Below are positions 21,380-31,707 of a stretch of 64,000 nucleotides of DNA, one piece after another. The DNA is from an uncultured delta proteobacterium (GTDB lineage: Bacteria > Myxococcota > Myxococcia > Myxococcales > Anaeromyxobacteraceae): the NCBI GenBank assembly GCA_963845515.1, contig CAWJSR010000045.1:160001-224000 (forward strand), given 5' to 3'. A program made the translations under genes and the position numbers. The notes under the pieces were generated by a model. It did no database searches, had not been told where the DNA came from, and was given only the letters and a program-made list of their open reading frames with translations. Every line of letters starts with the position of its first letter. The stretch's first letter is position 1.

Positions 21380-22555
21380 TCACTGGTTCAGGATCGGGTT
21401 GTAGCTCTCGTCGTAGCAGCCCACCACCTTGTCCGTTCCGGGAATGAGGCTGTGCCCGCCGGCCAGCCGCGAGTTGCCCACGAAGACGCGGTCGTCCGTT
21501 CCATTCTCCACCTTCGTGATCGCCAGGATTCCGCCCGAGATGCTGGAGTTGTTGATGGCGTACGGACCGGAGCCTCCCTGGGACGAGTTGTGATCCCTGG
21601 TGATGAGCCCGTACGCCGGGCCGCTCAGGACTGAGCCGTCGACCGTATAGTGCGAGCCGGTCAACGCAGCGGCGTCGACCGGGGGCGCAGCGAGGGTGAC
21701 CTCCACCCGTGACCCACGGATCGTCGCCGACGTGTTCCAGTAGGTGAGGACGCCGAAGTTTCCGTTGTCGACGCTTGCGGTGGAGCGGACGGTGATCTCG
21801 CTGTTCACGATGAGCGCGCTGCCACCCTCCACCATGACGCCATATCCGGAATTCGCCACGTTGACCGAGATGACGCTGTCCCGAATCGTCGGGCTGGACG
21901 TAATGATCGCCTCGGCATCAAAGGCGCCGCTGATCTCGATGACGCTCCTGGACAGCAGTAGCGAGCCGAAGCTGTAGAACGCGATGTCCATTCCGGACGA
22001 CACGAGCTTAGAGTCCTCGATCTCGACCGGACCATCGCCGAACTGGACGATGCCGCGGCCCGAGGTGCTCGGCATCTGCAGCACGACCTTGCGGAGCGCG
22101 ACGACGCCGCTGTGGGTTCCGAGCCGGATGCCATACATCGCGCGCTGCTGGATCGTGAGGTTCCGAACCGAGAACCCGGCCACCGCCGCGGTCCCGTTGA
22201 TCGCGGGGTTCGTGCCGTCGTCCTGAAGGATCGTCCCCTCGCCAATCCCCTCGATGTCGACGAAGTCCTTGGCGGTGATCGACTCGGTGTAGGTGCCGGG
22301 CATCACTTGCACGACGAAGCGGTTCGTGGCGCTCGCCCCGGTGATCGAGTTGATCGCGCCCTGGATCGTGGCGAAGGTCCGGGCGTCATCGACCGGCGCC
22401 TTCTGCACGATCCGGACGTTGTCCGGAATGTTCCACGGGTACTTGGTCAAGGGAGCGGCGACCGTCATCGCCGGCACGAGCGCGGCAAGAACTGCGGCAC
22501 TGCGTGCGGCGCGCGTCACGAAGGCGCTGGTTTTGATCATGTCGATGTAGTGCAT
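21380..22555 (-). CDS. Secreted pectin-lyase-like (parallel beta-helix) protein
   Basis: FATIQGAINSI...VMPGTYTESI motif; AAGGAGG RBS. Confidence 0.7.
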   Translation of the reverse strand: MHYIDMIKTSAFVTRAARSAAVLAALVPAMTVAAPLTKYPWNIPDNVRIVQKAPVDDARTFATIQGAINSITGASATNRFVVQVMPGTYTESITAKDFVDIEGIGEGTILQDDGTNPAINGTAAVAGFSVRNLTIQQRAMYGIRLGTHSGVVALRKVVLQMPSTSGRGIVQFGDGPVEIEDSKLVSSGMDIAFYSFGSLLLSRSVIEISGAFDAEAIITSSPTIRDSVISVNVANSGYGVMVEGGSALIVNSEITVRSTASVDNGNFGVLTYWNTSATIRGSRVEVTLAAPPVDAAALTGSHYTVDGSVLSGPAYGLITRDHNSSQGGSGPYAINNSSISGGILAITKVENGTDDRVFVGNSRLAGGHSLIPGTDKVVGCYDESYNPILNQ

Positions 22556-22853
22556 TGTCCCCTCCTTAAGGGAGGTGCGACTCGACCACACCCGTATGGA
22601 CCCCTCAATGCGACAATACGCCGCAGCCGATATTGGCTCGGGATAACAGGCTCTTAGGCTGCAGTGGCGGCGGGTTGGCGGACCCAGCGTGTGTGTCGTA
22701 CCGTGAGCAAAGCACACACGCGCCCCCGCGGGCTGACGTTCCGTTATCTGCGGAATGGCCCGGAAGGTTACTCGAGGGAGAGCTTGCCTGGACGGAGGTA
22801 GGTCTTCCGCTCCTGCATGTCGTTCCGTCCTTCCATTCCAGGATCGACGCAGC

Positions 22854-23528
22854 TCACGCGTGGGTCCGCTCCAGGGGTAGGCCGAGCGCCGCCCAGTCGA
22901 GCACCCCCTCCTCCAGGCGTACGGCCTTGAACCCCTTGGCCCGGAGCTGCTTCACGGCCTCGATGGCCAGCACGCAGTACGGGCCCCGGCAGTAGGCGAC
23001 GACCTCGCGCCGCTTCGGGAGACTGGCGAGCTGCCTGGCCAGCTCGGGGAGAGGGACCGAGAGGGCCCCGGGGATGTGGCCGGAGGCGAACTCCTCGGGC
23101 GGCCGCACGTCGAGCAGCGTCACCTCGCCCTTGCGGACCCGGGCGCGGAGCGCCTTCTCGTCGATGGGCTCGGTCTGCGCGTTCTCGGCGAGGAAGGCCC
23201 GCGTGATCTTCTCGACCTCCGCGAGGCGCGCCTCCGCGACCTTCCGCACGGCGAGCAGGAGATCGCCGACGGACGGATGGGCGAGGCGGTAGGTGACGAA
23301 GAGCCCCTCCTTGGTCGACTCCACCAGCCCGGCGCCGCGGAGCACCTGGAGGTGCGCCGAGGTGTTCGCGACGGACATGTCGGTGAGGCGCGCTAGCGCC
23401 TCGACCGTGCGGGGCCCCTGCGCCAGGAGCTCGACCAGCTCGACGCGGTGTCCGCTGCCGAGCGCCTTGGAGACGCGGGCGAACTGCTCGTAGATCGCGG
23501 TCTTGAAGCGGCGGCCGGGGGTGGTCAC
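22854..23528 (-). CDS. ArsR/SmtB regulator fused to a rhodanese domain
   Basis: ANTSAHLQVLR HTH; DVRPPEEFASGHIPGA and YCRGPYC. Confidence 0.9.
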   Translation of the reverse strand: MTTPGRRFKTAIYEQFARVSKALGSGHRVELVELLAQGPRTVEALARLTDMSVANTSAHLQVLRGAGLVESTKEGLFVTYRLAHPSVGDLLLAVRKVAEARLAEVEKITRAFLAENAQTEPIDEKALRARVRKGEVTLLDVRPPEEFASGHIPGALSVPLPELARQLASLPKRREVVAYCRGPYCVLAIEAVKQLRAKGFKAVRLEEGVLDWAALGLPLERTHA

Positions 23529-23629
23529 GGGATGCTCCGGTGTTCGTGGAAGTCCTTGAATATGGACGCCCGCCGGGTGCGTCAAGCCCCGACCGAGGCG
23601 CGAGCCAGCACGCCGACCTCGACGACGGC

Positions 23630-23661
23630 TTGACGGACTACGCTACTACTCAATAGAGTAG
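23630..23661 (+). promoter_or_regulatory. Promoter/operator upstream of the OsmC-family gene
   Basis: TTGACG at 23630 and TAGAGT at 23654; inverted repeat CTACTC-AATA-GAGTAG at 23646-23661. Confidence 0.55.
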
Positions 23662-23685
23662 GCGATTAGTCTCCGAGGAGGTCGC

Positions 23686-24210
23686 ATGAAGAGAAACAAC
23701 GTGAATCTCGCGGCGGTGGGCGCCCTGGCGGAGCGCGCGAAGGCGGACCCGGGCGCGGCGAAGCTGCTGAAGCGCGTCGAGGGGGGCTGGAGCCTCCGTG
23801 ACGGCTCCCCGCAGTTCACCGCGACTGTCGCCCACGGTGAGGGTGCGTCCGTGCTGGCTGCCGACATGGCGGCCACGTTCGGCGGCGCCGGGCTCGCCCC
23901 GGATCCGCTCCAGTACATGCTCTTCGGCCTCGCGGCCTGCTACACGGCGACGCTCGTCATGATCGCGTCCATGGAGGGCGTCGACCTCGGCGAGGTGAGG
24001 TCCGTCGCGGAGAGCGCCGTCGACGTCTCTCCGGTGTTCGGCCTCGGAGAGCGACCGCTCGTCGAGCGGGTCTCGGTGCGCGTCACCGTGAGCGCGGCCG
24101 TCGATGACGCCACGCTCGCGCGCTGGACGGAGGGCGCGAGGGCCAAGTGCCCCTTCGCCTTCACCGTCGCCAACGCGATCCCGCTGGAGACCCGCGTCGA
24201 GCGGGCGTGA
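23686..24210 (+). CDS. OsmC/Ohr family protein
   Basis: GGAGLAPDPLQY..GLAAC and KCP two-Cys pattern. Confidence 0.85.
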   Translation: MKRNNVNLAAVGALAERAKADPGAAKLLKRVEGGWSLRDGSPQFTATVAHGEGASVLAADMAATFGGAGLAPDPLQYMLFGLAACYTATLVMIASMEGVDLGEVRSVAESAVDVSPVFGLGERPLVERVSVRVTVSAAVDDATLARWTEGARAKCPFAFTVANAIPLETRVERA

Positions 24211-24278
24211 CCGGCGCCAGCCTCGACCAGACCCGCACCGCCCCGTCGACGGGGCACCACTCTCTAAGGACCCCTCCG

Positions 24279-24635
24279 ATGAGCGTCCTCATCGTCTTCA
24301 ACCACGAGCCCTACGACGGCACCGACGTCACCTGGAACGGCCTGCGCCTCGCGGGCAAGCTTCGCGAGAGCGGCCAGGAGGTGCGGATCTTCCTCATGAA
24401 CGACGCGGTCGACATGGCGCGCGACGCCCTGAAGAAGCCGGACGCGTACGATCAGGATCTCGTCCAGATGCTCAAGGATCTGATCGCGCAGGGAGCGACC
24501 GTCAAGGTCTGCGGCACCTGCATGGCGCGGTGCGGGATTCACAAGAACCAGCCGTACTTCCCGGGCGCCGAGAAGTCGACGATGGCCCAGCTCGCGAGCT
24601 GGGTGGTCGAGAGCGACCGCGTCATCTCGTTCTGA
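24279..24635 (+). CDS. DsrE/DsrF-like (YchN-type) sulfur relay protein
   Basis: PYDG, FLMNDAV, CGTCMARCG. Confidence 0.85.
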   Translation: MSVLIVFNHEPYDGTDVTWNGLRLAGKLRESGQEVRIFLMNDAVDMARDALKKPDAYDQDLVQMLKDLIAQGATVKVCGTCMARCGIHKNQPYFPGAEKSTMAQLASWVVESDRVISF

Positions 24636-24734
24636 CGTCAGTAGGCGAGGAGGAGGTCGCGCAGCGGGACCACGAGCAGCCGGTCGTCACCGAGGTCCGA
24701 CGAGTCCCGCGTGACGAGGAGTCGCCGTCGGCAG

Positions 24735-25184
24735 TCAGCGGCGAAACACGGCGGCGAGGCGGCGGCGAAGCTCATCGCGGACTTCACGGAACGCCTGGAG
24801 CCGTGAGGGCTCGTCCCCGGTCACCGCCCCTGGATCGGGCAGCCCCCAGTGGACGCGGAGCGCCTTCCCCAGGAAGACCGGGCAGACCTCCTCGGCGCAG
24901 AGGGTGATGACGGCATCCACGTCGTCGGGCGGGATGTCGGCCACGCTCTTCGAGTAGTGGCCGCTGATGTCGATGCCGATCTCGGCGAGGGCGCGGACCG
25001 CGAGCGGGTTGAGCCGGGACGGAGCGGAGCCCGCCGAGGAGACCTTCACGCTCGCGGGCGCGAGTGACCGCGCGATCCCCTCGGCCAGCTGGCTGCGCGC
25101 CGAGTTGGCGACACAGAGGAAGAGGAGGTGGCGCGGCCGTGCGGCCCGGATCGTCTCCGCGTCCCGCTCCCAGCCCTGGCTCAC
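24735..25184 (-). CDS. arsC: Arsenate reductase (LMW-PTP fold, thioredoxin-coupled)
   Basis: [28 protein letters not shown]. Confidence 0.9.
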   Translation of the reverse strand: MSQGWERDAETIRAARPRHLLFLCVANSARSQLAEGIARSLAPASVKVSSAGSAPSRLNPLAVRALAEIGIDISGHYSKSVADIPPDDVDAVITLCAEEVCPVFLGKALRVHWGLPDPGAVTGDEPSRLQAFREVRDELRRRLAAVFRR

Positions 25185-26308
25185 GGCGCTCTCCGAGCGG
25201 CCGGTCCGTCGACCGCGACCGTGCAGTTGGCCACGCGCGCGAGCTCGCCCGTCTCCCCTGGGAACCAACGGTCGCGAAGCCGGAGCGCGACGTTCACGAG
25301 CCCGATGAGGACCGGCACCTCGACGAGCGGGCCGATGACGGCGGCGAAGGCGGCGCCGTGGTGCATTCCGAAGGTGGCGACGGCGACGGCGATGGCCAGC
25401 TCGAAGTTGTTGGAGGAGGCGGTGAAGGAGAGGGTCGCCGTCTGGCCGTATGTCGCCCCCAGCCTGCGGCTCATGAAGAAGGAGACGAAGAACATGACGA
25501 CGAAGTAGATGAGCAGCGGGATGGCGATCCGGACCACGTCGAGCGGGAGCTGCACGATCGTCTCGCCCTTGAGCGAGAACATGACGACGATGGTGAAGAG
25601 GAGCGCGACGAGCGTGATGGGCGAGATCCGCGGGATGAACACCTCCCGGTACCAGCCCTCGCCCTCGAGCGCCCGCAGCCCGAAGCGGCTCGCGATCCCG
25701 GCGATGAAGGGGATGCCGAGGTAGATGAAGACGCTCTTCGCGATCTCGCCGATCGTGATGTGGACCTCGGCCCCCTGGAGCCCCAGCCACCCCGGCAGCA
25801 CCGTGATGAAGACCCAGGCGTAGACCGAGAAGAAGAGGACCTGGAAGATCGAGTTGAAGGCGACGAGCCCGGCGCAGTACTCGGTGTCGCCGCCGGCGAG
25901 GTCGTTCCAGACGATGACCATCGCGATGCAGCGGGCGAGGCCGATCATGATCAGCCCGACCATGTACTCGGGCTTGTCGCGCAGGAAGACGACCGCCAGC
26001 GCGAACATCAGGATCGGCCCGACGATCCAGTTCTGGACGAGCGAGAGCGTGAGGACGCGCACGTTCTTCAGGACGCGCGGCAGCTCCTCGTACCGGACCT
26101 TGGCGAGGGGCGGGTACATCATGAGGATGAGGCCGGCCGCGATCGGGAGCGACGTCGTCCCGACGGACATCCGGTCGAGCAGCGGAACGACGCCCGGCGC
26201 GAGGAAGCCGAGCGCGACGCCGGCCCCCATGGCGACGAAGATCCAGAGCGTCAGGTACCGGTCGAGGAAGGAGAGGCGGCGGGCGACGCCGGCGACGGGC
26301 TGGTTCAC
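25181..26308 (-). CDS. acr3: Acr3 arsenite efflux transporter
   Basis: [35 protein letters not shown]. Confidence 0.95.
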   Translation of the reverse strand: MNQPVAGVARRLSFLDRYLTLWIFVAMGAGVALGFLAPGVVPLLDRMSVGTTSLPIAAGLILMMYPPLAKVRYEELPRVLKNVRVLTLSLVQNWIVGPILMFALAVVFLRDKPEYMVGLIMIGLARCIAMVIVWNDLAGGDTEYCAGLVAFNSIFQVLFFSVYAWVFITVLPGWLGLQGAEVHITIGEIAKSVFIYLGIPFIAGIASRFGLRALEGEGWYREVFIPRISPITLVALLFTIVVMFSLKGETIVQLPLDVVRIAIPLLIYFVVMFFVSFFMSRRLGATYGQTATLSFTASSNNFELAIAVAVATFGMHHGAAFAAVIGPLVEVPVLIGLVNVALRLRDRWFPGETGELARVANCTVAVDGPAARRAP

Positions 26309-26324
26309 TCGTGGCTCCCTGAGG

Positions 26325-26675
26325 CTAGAGGCTTCCGATGAGCGCCCGTAGGCGCCGAAGGGCGCGGGGCTCCAGGCAGTAGCAGACGCGCGGGCCGTCG
26401 ATCTCGCCGCGGATGAGCCCGGCCTCCTTGAGCACCTTGAGGTGCTGCGAGACGGTGGACTGCGCCAGGGGCAGCTCGTCGACGATGTCGCCGCAGATGC
26501 AGGCGGTGCGCCGGCCGAGGAGCCGAAGGATCTGGACACGCGCAGGGTGGCCCACGGCCCTGGTGAGGAGCGCCAGCTCCTCGTCTGCGGCTGGTCCCTC
26601 CACCGGGCGGACGTCCGGCCCCTCGTCAGGTGGAGGTGGCGGCTCGCATACGACCTTCTTGAGGGGAGTGACCAT
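26325..26675 (-). CDS. arsR: ArsR family repressor
   Basis: [26 protein letters not shown]. Confidence 0.88.
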   Translation of the reverse strand: MVTPLKKVVCEPPPPPDEGPDVRPVEGPAADEELALLTRAVGHPARVQILRLLGRRTACICGDIVDELPLAQSTVSQHLKVLKEAGLIRGEIDGPRVCYCLEPRALRRLRALIGSL

Positions 26676-26677
26676 GG

Positions 26678-26770
26678 CTATCGGTGGTCTACGATAGGCC
26701 GGGTTCTGACGCAAGGGCGGGCTTGACCGAAGCGCCTGTTGGCGCCGCGCATCATCGGTGCTAAACGATG
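26678..26770. promoter_or_regulatory. Two ATCG-N8-CGAT palindromes (candidate ArsR operators) in the divergent promoter
   Basis: CTATCG-N8-CGATAG at 26678-26697 and CATCG-N8-CGATG at 26753-26770; TTGACC at 26724. Confidence 0.6.
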
Positions 26771-26821
26771 AGCCTCCACGTCGCCCGCGCCGCGCTCACG
26801 GCGCTCCTGGGAGCCAGACAG

Positions 26822-27283
26822 ATGAGAACGAGCCGGACCATCCTGCCCTGGGCCGCAGCAGCGGCCCTGGTCGCCTTCGCGTCGGGCTGCGGCAACGGGC
26901 GGGCGAGTCCGGGCAGCGGCGCGCCCGCCGACTGCACCTCAGCGGCTGCAGGCCAGGCCTCCTGCGCGCCCACTGCCGCCGCCCAGTCGGTGCCGAGCAG
27001 TGCCCGGACGCCGCGCCTCGTCGACGTCGGCGCGGGGAAGTGCATCCCGTGCAAGGCGATGGCGCCGATCCTCGACCAGCTGCGAAGCGACTTCGCCGGG
27101 CGCATGCAGGTCGAATTCGTCGACGTCTGGGTGAACCCCGCCGCGGGCGAGCCCTACGCCATCCGCGTGATGCCGACGCAGATCTTCTACGGCGCGGACG
27201 GGATCGAGCTCAGTCGCCACGAGGGGTTCATGTCCCGTGAGGAGATCCTCGGGCGATGGAAGTCCCACGGGTTCGCGTTCTGA
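26822..27283 (+). CDS. Thioredoxin-family lipoprotein
   Basis: Lipobox ASGC; CIPC active site; MPT cis-Pro loop. Confidence 0.85.
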   Translation: MRTSRTILPWAAAAALVAFASGCGNGRASPGSGAPADCTSAAAGQASCAPTAAAQSVPSSARTPRLVDVGAGKCIPCKAMAPILDQLRSDFAGRMQVEFVDVWVNPAAGEPYAIRVMPTQIFYGADGIELSRHEGFMSREEILGRWKSHGFAF

Positions 27284-27293
27284 GGGTGCGTCG

Positions 27294-28001
27294 GTGGTAG
27301 AGCTCCTAACCGCGTTCGGCCGCGCGTTCGAGGCCTCCGCGGGGCTGGCCCTCCCCGCGGCCTTCGTGTGGGGGCTGCTCTCGGTCGCGCTGAGCCCGTG
27401 CCACCTCTCCAGCATCCCGCTCGTCGTCGCCTACATGAGCGGAGGAGAGGAGCTGCCCACCAGCCGGCGCGCCGTGCTCCTCTCGAGCAGCTTCGCGCTG
27501 GGGATCCTCGCCTCCATCGCGGTCATCGGCGCAGCGACCGCCGCTGCCGGACGGATGGTGGGAGACGTGGGGAGGGCAGGGACCTGGGTGCTCGCCGGGG
27601 TCTTCCTTGCCGTGGGGCTCAACCTGATCGGCGTGCTTCCGCTGCCGGCGTGGTCGACTCCATCCGGCGCACCGGCGCGGCGGGGACCATGGGGCGCGCT
27701 CCTGCTCGGCCTCCTCTTCGGCGCCGCGCTCGGCCCCTGCACCTTCGCCTTCATGGCGCCGCTGCTGGGGTTGGCGTTCCGCGCCGGCGCGGAGCGGGCC
27801 CTCTACGGCGTGCTGCTCGTCGCGCTCTACGGGCTCGGCCACTCGCTCGCCATCGTGGCTGCGGGGGCCTCCGCCCAGAACGTGCAGCGCTGGCTCGCGT
27901 GGAAGGGCGGCGCCCGGGCGGTCTCCGTCCTCCGCGTGCTCGCCGGCCTCGCGGTCATCGCCGGCGGCCTCTACTTCGTAAGCACGGTCGCGCGCTGGTG
28001 A
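27294..28001 (+). CDS. CcdA/DsbD-type transmembrane disulfide reductase
   Basis: LSPCHL and GPCTF Cys pair in a six-TM protein. Confidence 0.85.
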   Translation: MVELLTAFGRAFEASAGLALPAAFVWGLLSVALSPCHLSSIPLVVAYMSGGEELPTSRRAVLLSSSFALGILASIAVIGAATAAAGRMVGDVGRAGTWVLAGVFLAVGLNLIGVLPLPAWSTPSGAPARRGPWGALLLGLLFGAALGPCTFAFMAPLLGLAFRAGAERALYGVLLVALYGLGHSLAIVAAGASAQNVQRWLAWKGGARAVSVLRVLAGLAVIAGGLYFVSTVARW

Positions 28002-29005
28002 CCGCCGCACTCCTCGCGCTCGGGCTCGCCGCCTGGCTCGCCGCCTACTCGGCCGTGAAGCCACTCTCCGAGTGGCTCAGCTTCAGCGTCCTCGGCTTGA
28101 CCCGCGGCTCGCGCCTCGGCGAGAGCGTCGCCTTCTTCCTCTACGACACGCCAAAGGTCCTGCTGCTCCTGACGCTGATCGTCTTCCTCGTCGGGATCGC
28201 GCGGTCCTTCTTCACGCCCGAGCGGACGCGCGCGATCCTCGCCGGGAAGCGGGAGTCGGTCGGGAACGTCCTGGCAGCGCTGCTCGGCATCGTGACCCCC
28301 TTCTGCTCCTGCTCGGCGGTGCCGCTCTTCATCGGCTTCGTCGAGGTCGGGATCCCGCTCGGCGTGACGCTCTCGTTCCTGATCTCGGCCCCGATGGTGA
28401 ACGAGGTCGCGCTGGTGCTCCTCTTCGGCCTCTTCGGCTGGAAGGTGGCCGCGCTCTACCTCGGCACCGGCCTCACGATCGCGATCGCGTCAGGCTTCGT
28501 CCTCGGTCGCCTGAGGCTGGAGCGCTGGGTCGAGCCGTGGGTCTACGAGTCGATGAACGCGAGCGCCGCCTACGAGAAGGAGCGGCTCGGCTTCACAGGG
28601 CGCGTCGCGAAGGGGCTCGACGCGGTCCGCGAGATCGTCGGCAAGGTCTGGCCCTGGGTGCTGGGCGGGATCGCGGTAGGGGCCGGCATCCACGGCTACG
28701 TGCCCGAGGGGTTCCTCGTGAGCTTCATGGGGAAGTCTGCGTGGTGGTCGGTGCCGGTCGCGGTGCTGATCGGCGTCCCGATGTACTCGAACGCCGCCGG
28801 GATCATCCCGGTGGTCGAGGCGCTCCTCGACAAGGGGGCCGCGCTCGGGACGGTGCTCGCCTTCATGATGGCGGTGATCGCCCTCTCGCTGCCGGAGATG
28901 ATCATCCTGCGCAAGGTGCTCCGGCCGAAGCTCATCGCGACCTTCGTCGGCGTGGTGGCGGGCGGCATCCTGCTGGTCGGCTGGCTGTTCAACGCGGTGC
29001 TGTGA
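27998..29005 (+). CDS. ArsP/DUF318 family permease
   Basis: TPFCSCS, PMVNE, GVPMYSN, LSLPE. Confidence 0.85.
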   Translation: MTAALLALGLAAWLAAYSAVKPLSEWLSFSVLGLTRGSRLGESVAFFLYDTPKVLLLLTLIVFLVGIARSFFTPERTRAILAGKRESVGNVLAALLGIVTPFCSCSAVPLFIGFVEVGIPLGVTLSFLISAPMVNEVALVLLFGLFGWKVAALYLGTGLTIAIASGFVLGRLRLERWVEPWVYESMNASAAYEKERLGFTGRVAKGLDAVREIVGKVWPWVLGGIAVGAGIHGYVPEGFLVSFMGKSAWWSVPVAVLIGVPMYSNAAGIIPVVEALLDKGAALGTVLAFMMAVIALSLPEMIILRKVLRPKLIATFVGVVAGGILLVGWLFNAVL

Positions 29006-29019
29006 GGAGGCGACAGGCG

Positions 29020-29253
29020 ATGAAGATCCAGGTGCTCGGGACCGGCTGCGCGAAGTGCAAGCAGCTCACGGCGAACGCGGAGAAGGCGGTGGCAGCGCTG
29101 GGGCTCGGCGTCCCCGTCGAGAAGGTGGAGGACGTCCGCGAGATCATGAAGTTCAAGGTGATGTCCACGCCGGCCCTCGCGGTGGACGGCAAGGTGGTGT
29201 CGGCGGGGAAGCTGCTCGCGCCTGCCGAGGTGATGGAGCTGCTGAAGGGCTGA
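29020..29253 (+). CDS. Small redox-active disulfide protein (thioredoxin_3)
   Basis: IQVLGTGCAKC...VMSTPAL. Confidence 0.9.
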   Translation: MKIQVLGTGCAKCKQLTANAEKAVAALGLGVPVEKVEDVREIMKFKVMSTPALAVDGKVVSAGKLLAPAEVMELLKG

Positions 29254-29358
29254 CCGAAGGGGTCCCACGCCCTCGTGGACCCCTCGGAGAGCCTTGCCTC
29301 CCTGACGCCTGCGCCACCCCGTGGGGTGAAACGCAGGCGCCTCGAGACGGACCACCGG

Positions 29359-29679
29359 TCACCTGTGGAGGCACGTGCTCGCGACCATGACGGCATGGCT
29401 CGGGTCGCAGTGCGGCGCAGCCTTGGTGGGCAGCGGGACATCGATCGGGTACTGGACGTCCTCGTAGGCCGCCACGAGGCCGCGGGCGGGCCCCGGAGAG
29501 TCCTTCACGACCACCGCGTGAGCTCCGAGATAGGTCACGTCGGACGTCACGATCGGCTCCGAGTCGAGCCGGGTGGCGAAGACCTTCTCCTGCACGGGGT
29601 ACTCCACCTCGTCGGCGCGAGCGGACGTCGCGGCGAGGGCGATGGCTGCAGCGAATGAAGCCAGGAAGACGTTACGCAT
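29359..29679 (-). CDS. Exported hypothetical protein
   Basis: Signal peptide ending ARA-D; sigma54-like promoter upstream. Confidence 0.6.
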   Translation of the reverse strand: MRNVFLASFAAAIALAATSARADEVEYPVQEKVFATRLDSEPIVTSDVTYLGAHAVVVKDSPGPARGLVAAYEDVQYPIDVPLPTKAAPHCDPSHAVMVASTCLHR

Positions 29680-29754
29680 TTGATGCCTCTTGAAGCCGGT
29701 TGGCGTGTGGACTCGGCGTCGGACCGGATGCCGCCGTCGCGTCTCCTGGTTCAA

Positions 29755-29771
29755 TTGCAGCTCGCGTGCCG
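29755..29771 (-). promoter_or_regulatory. Sigma54 (-24/-12) promoter
   Basis: Minus strand reads CGGCACG-CGAG-CTGCAA, matching GG-N10-GC. Confidence 0.55.
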
Positions 29772-29916
29772 TCGCCACGACTTGCGCAATTCCGCTGGCA
29801 TAGGCTCCTGACGAGCCTCCTTTCAGGCTCAGCGGCCGTCACCACCCTGGTTACGGTGTGATCGATCGAGGGCGTGGAGCCGACCGCCGGGAGGAAGGCT
29901 CACCGATCGGCCGGGC

Positions 29917-31013
29917 TCAACTCTCCTGCAGCTCCGGCACCGGGTCGCGAAGCGCCCAGACGAGCGCGGTCGGAGTGGCCGAGGCGATGCCGAGCCCGAG
30001 CGCCGCGGCGAGGCACGAGAGCGCGAACGGCCCGCTCCGCGCGATCGCCCCCGCTACGCCGGGGTCCTGGGCCGCGGCGAGCGCGCCACCGGCGATGACG
30101 CCAGCGGTCGCGCCGGCCACCGCCACCAGCGCGGAGCGGGAGAGAAGCAGCCCCAGGAGCGTCGCCCGCGATGCCCCGATCGCGGCGACGTCGCCAGCTC
30201 GATGCGCCGCTCCGAGGCGTCGAGGTGCGCCGCGATGACGAGGCAGAGGGCGGCCACGATGCCCATCACCGCGTAGGCGACCATGCGATGCTTCGCCAGG
30301 GAGGCGTGCGTGTCATGGTCGGCGACCCCGCCGCGATCCGTCCGGATCGCGCTGGCGTCGTGCAGTGCCGCCGCGAGGCGCGCCTGGGCGTCCCGCGGCT
30401 CGACTCCTGCACGCAGGAACACGCGAAGCTCGTTCACCGCTGGAGCGCCGAGGAGGGCCTGCGCGGACTCGAGCGGAATGAGCACCGCCAGGTCCTCGGC
30501 GCTGCCGGTGGACGGCATCACCGCGTCCACGTCGAACGGCCTTCCGTCCACGTCGATCCTCCGTGGCGTCCCCGTTCGGCGCGCGAGCTCGGACCCGAGC
30601 GCTGCGACATCGCGGCCTCCCGGCCCGGTGCGCGCCGGGAGCGAGGTCCAGTCCAGCCCGACCACGGGCGAGAGGAGTCCTGCGATCGGTCTCGTCAGGA
30701 CGAGTCGTGCTTCGACCGCACGGACGTCGGAGCCGAGCGCCGCCACGACGGTGTCGGCAGTGCGCGCGGGCAGCGAGCCGTCGCCGAGCGCGAGCCTGAC
30801 GAGCGCGCTCGCGGTCGTACCCGTCGACACCACGGAGAGGGCGGGCCCGATGGCGTCGATCTGCGTCGCGATCGCCTCCTCCCGGGCGCGAGCGACGAAC
30901 TCCACGGCGGTGACCGCCGCCGTGAGCGCGGCGACCACCGTCGCCGCGAGGACGACGGATCGGCGCCTGACCGCCACGTCTCGCACAGTGAGCCAGAGGG
31001 CAGGGCCCGTCAC
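29917..31013 (-). CDS. FtsX/MacB-like ABC permease (frameshift near 30190)
   Basis: ERRIELA.. motif; continues in another frame to a stop at 29917. Confidence 0.7.
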
Positions 31014-31705
31014 GCGACCGCCCCGTCGCCGGTGGAGCCCCGGGTGTCGATCGCGCCGGCGCGGAGCCGCATGATCCGCCCCGCCTGCTGGGCGAGACGC
31101 TGGTCGTGCGTGACCATCACGATCGTCTGGCCGCTCGCGTTCAGCTCGCGAAGCAGCTCCATCGTCTGGTCGGCGGTCGCCGGATCGAGGTTTCCGGTCG
31201 GCTCGTCGGCGAGGAGGACCTGGGGCCCGTTCACGATGGCCCGCCCGATGCCTACGCGCTGGCGCTCTCCCACGGAGAGCTGCGCGGGCCGGTGGTGGCG
31301 CCGCGCGGAGAGCCCCAGTCGGTCGAGGATCCGGTCCGCGTCCTCGTTGGCCTTCGCCCGGGGGCGGCCTGCGAGGATCGCGGGCAGGACCACGTTCTCC
31401 ACGCACGTGAGGTAGGGGACGAGGTTGAACGTCTGGAAGACGAAGCCGATCTCGGTTCGGCGGAGGGCGGCGCGGGCCTCGCCGCCGAGATCGTAGACGC
31501 GCCTCTCACCGAGGTAGACATGGCCGCCCGTCGGGGCGGCGAGCCCTCCCATGGCGAAGAGCAGCGTGGACTTCCCGCTGCCGCTCGGCCCGACCACGGC
31601 CAGGAACTCGCCGGGAGCGACGTGTGCCGTGACGCCGGCGAGGGCGAGGACCTCGCCCCCCTGGGGTGCGGTGAAGGACTTCTTCACGTTCTCGACGCGG
31701 ATCAT
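31010..31705 (-). CDS. LolD/MacB-type ABC ATP-binding protein
   Basis: GPSGSGKST, LSVGERQR, ADEPTGNLD. Confidence 0.9.
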   Translation of the reverse strand: MIRVENVKKSFTAPQGGEVLALAGVTAHVAPGEFLAVVGPSGSGKSTLLFAMGGLAAPTGGHVYLGERRVYDLGGEARAALRRTEIGFVFQTFNLVPYLTCVENVVLPAILAGRPRAKANEDADRILDRLGLSARRHHRPAQLSVGERQRVGIGRAIVNGPQVLLADEPTGNLDPATADQTMELLRELNASGQTIVMVTHDQRLAQQAGRIMRLRAGAIDTRGSTGDGAVA

Positions 31706-31707
31706 GA

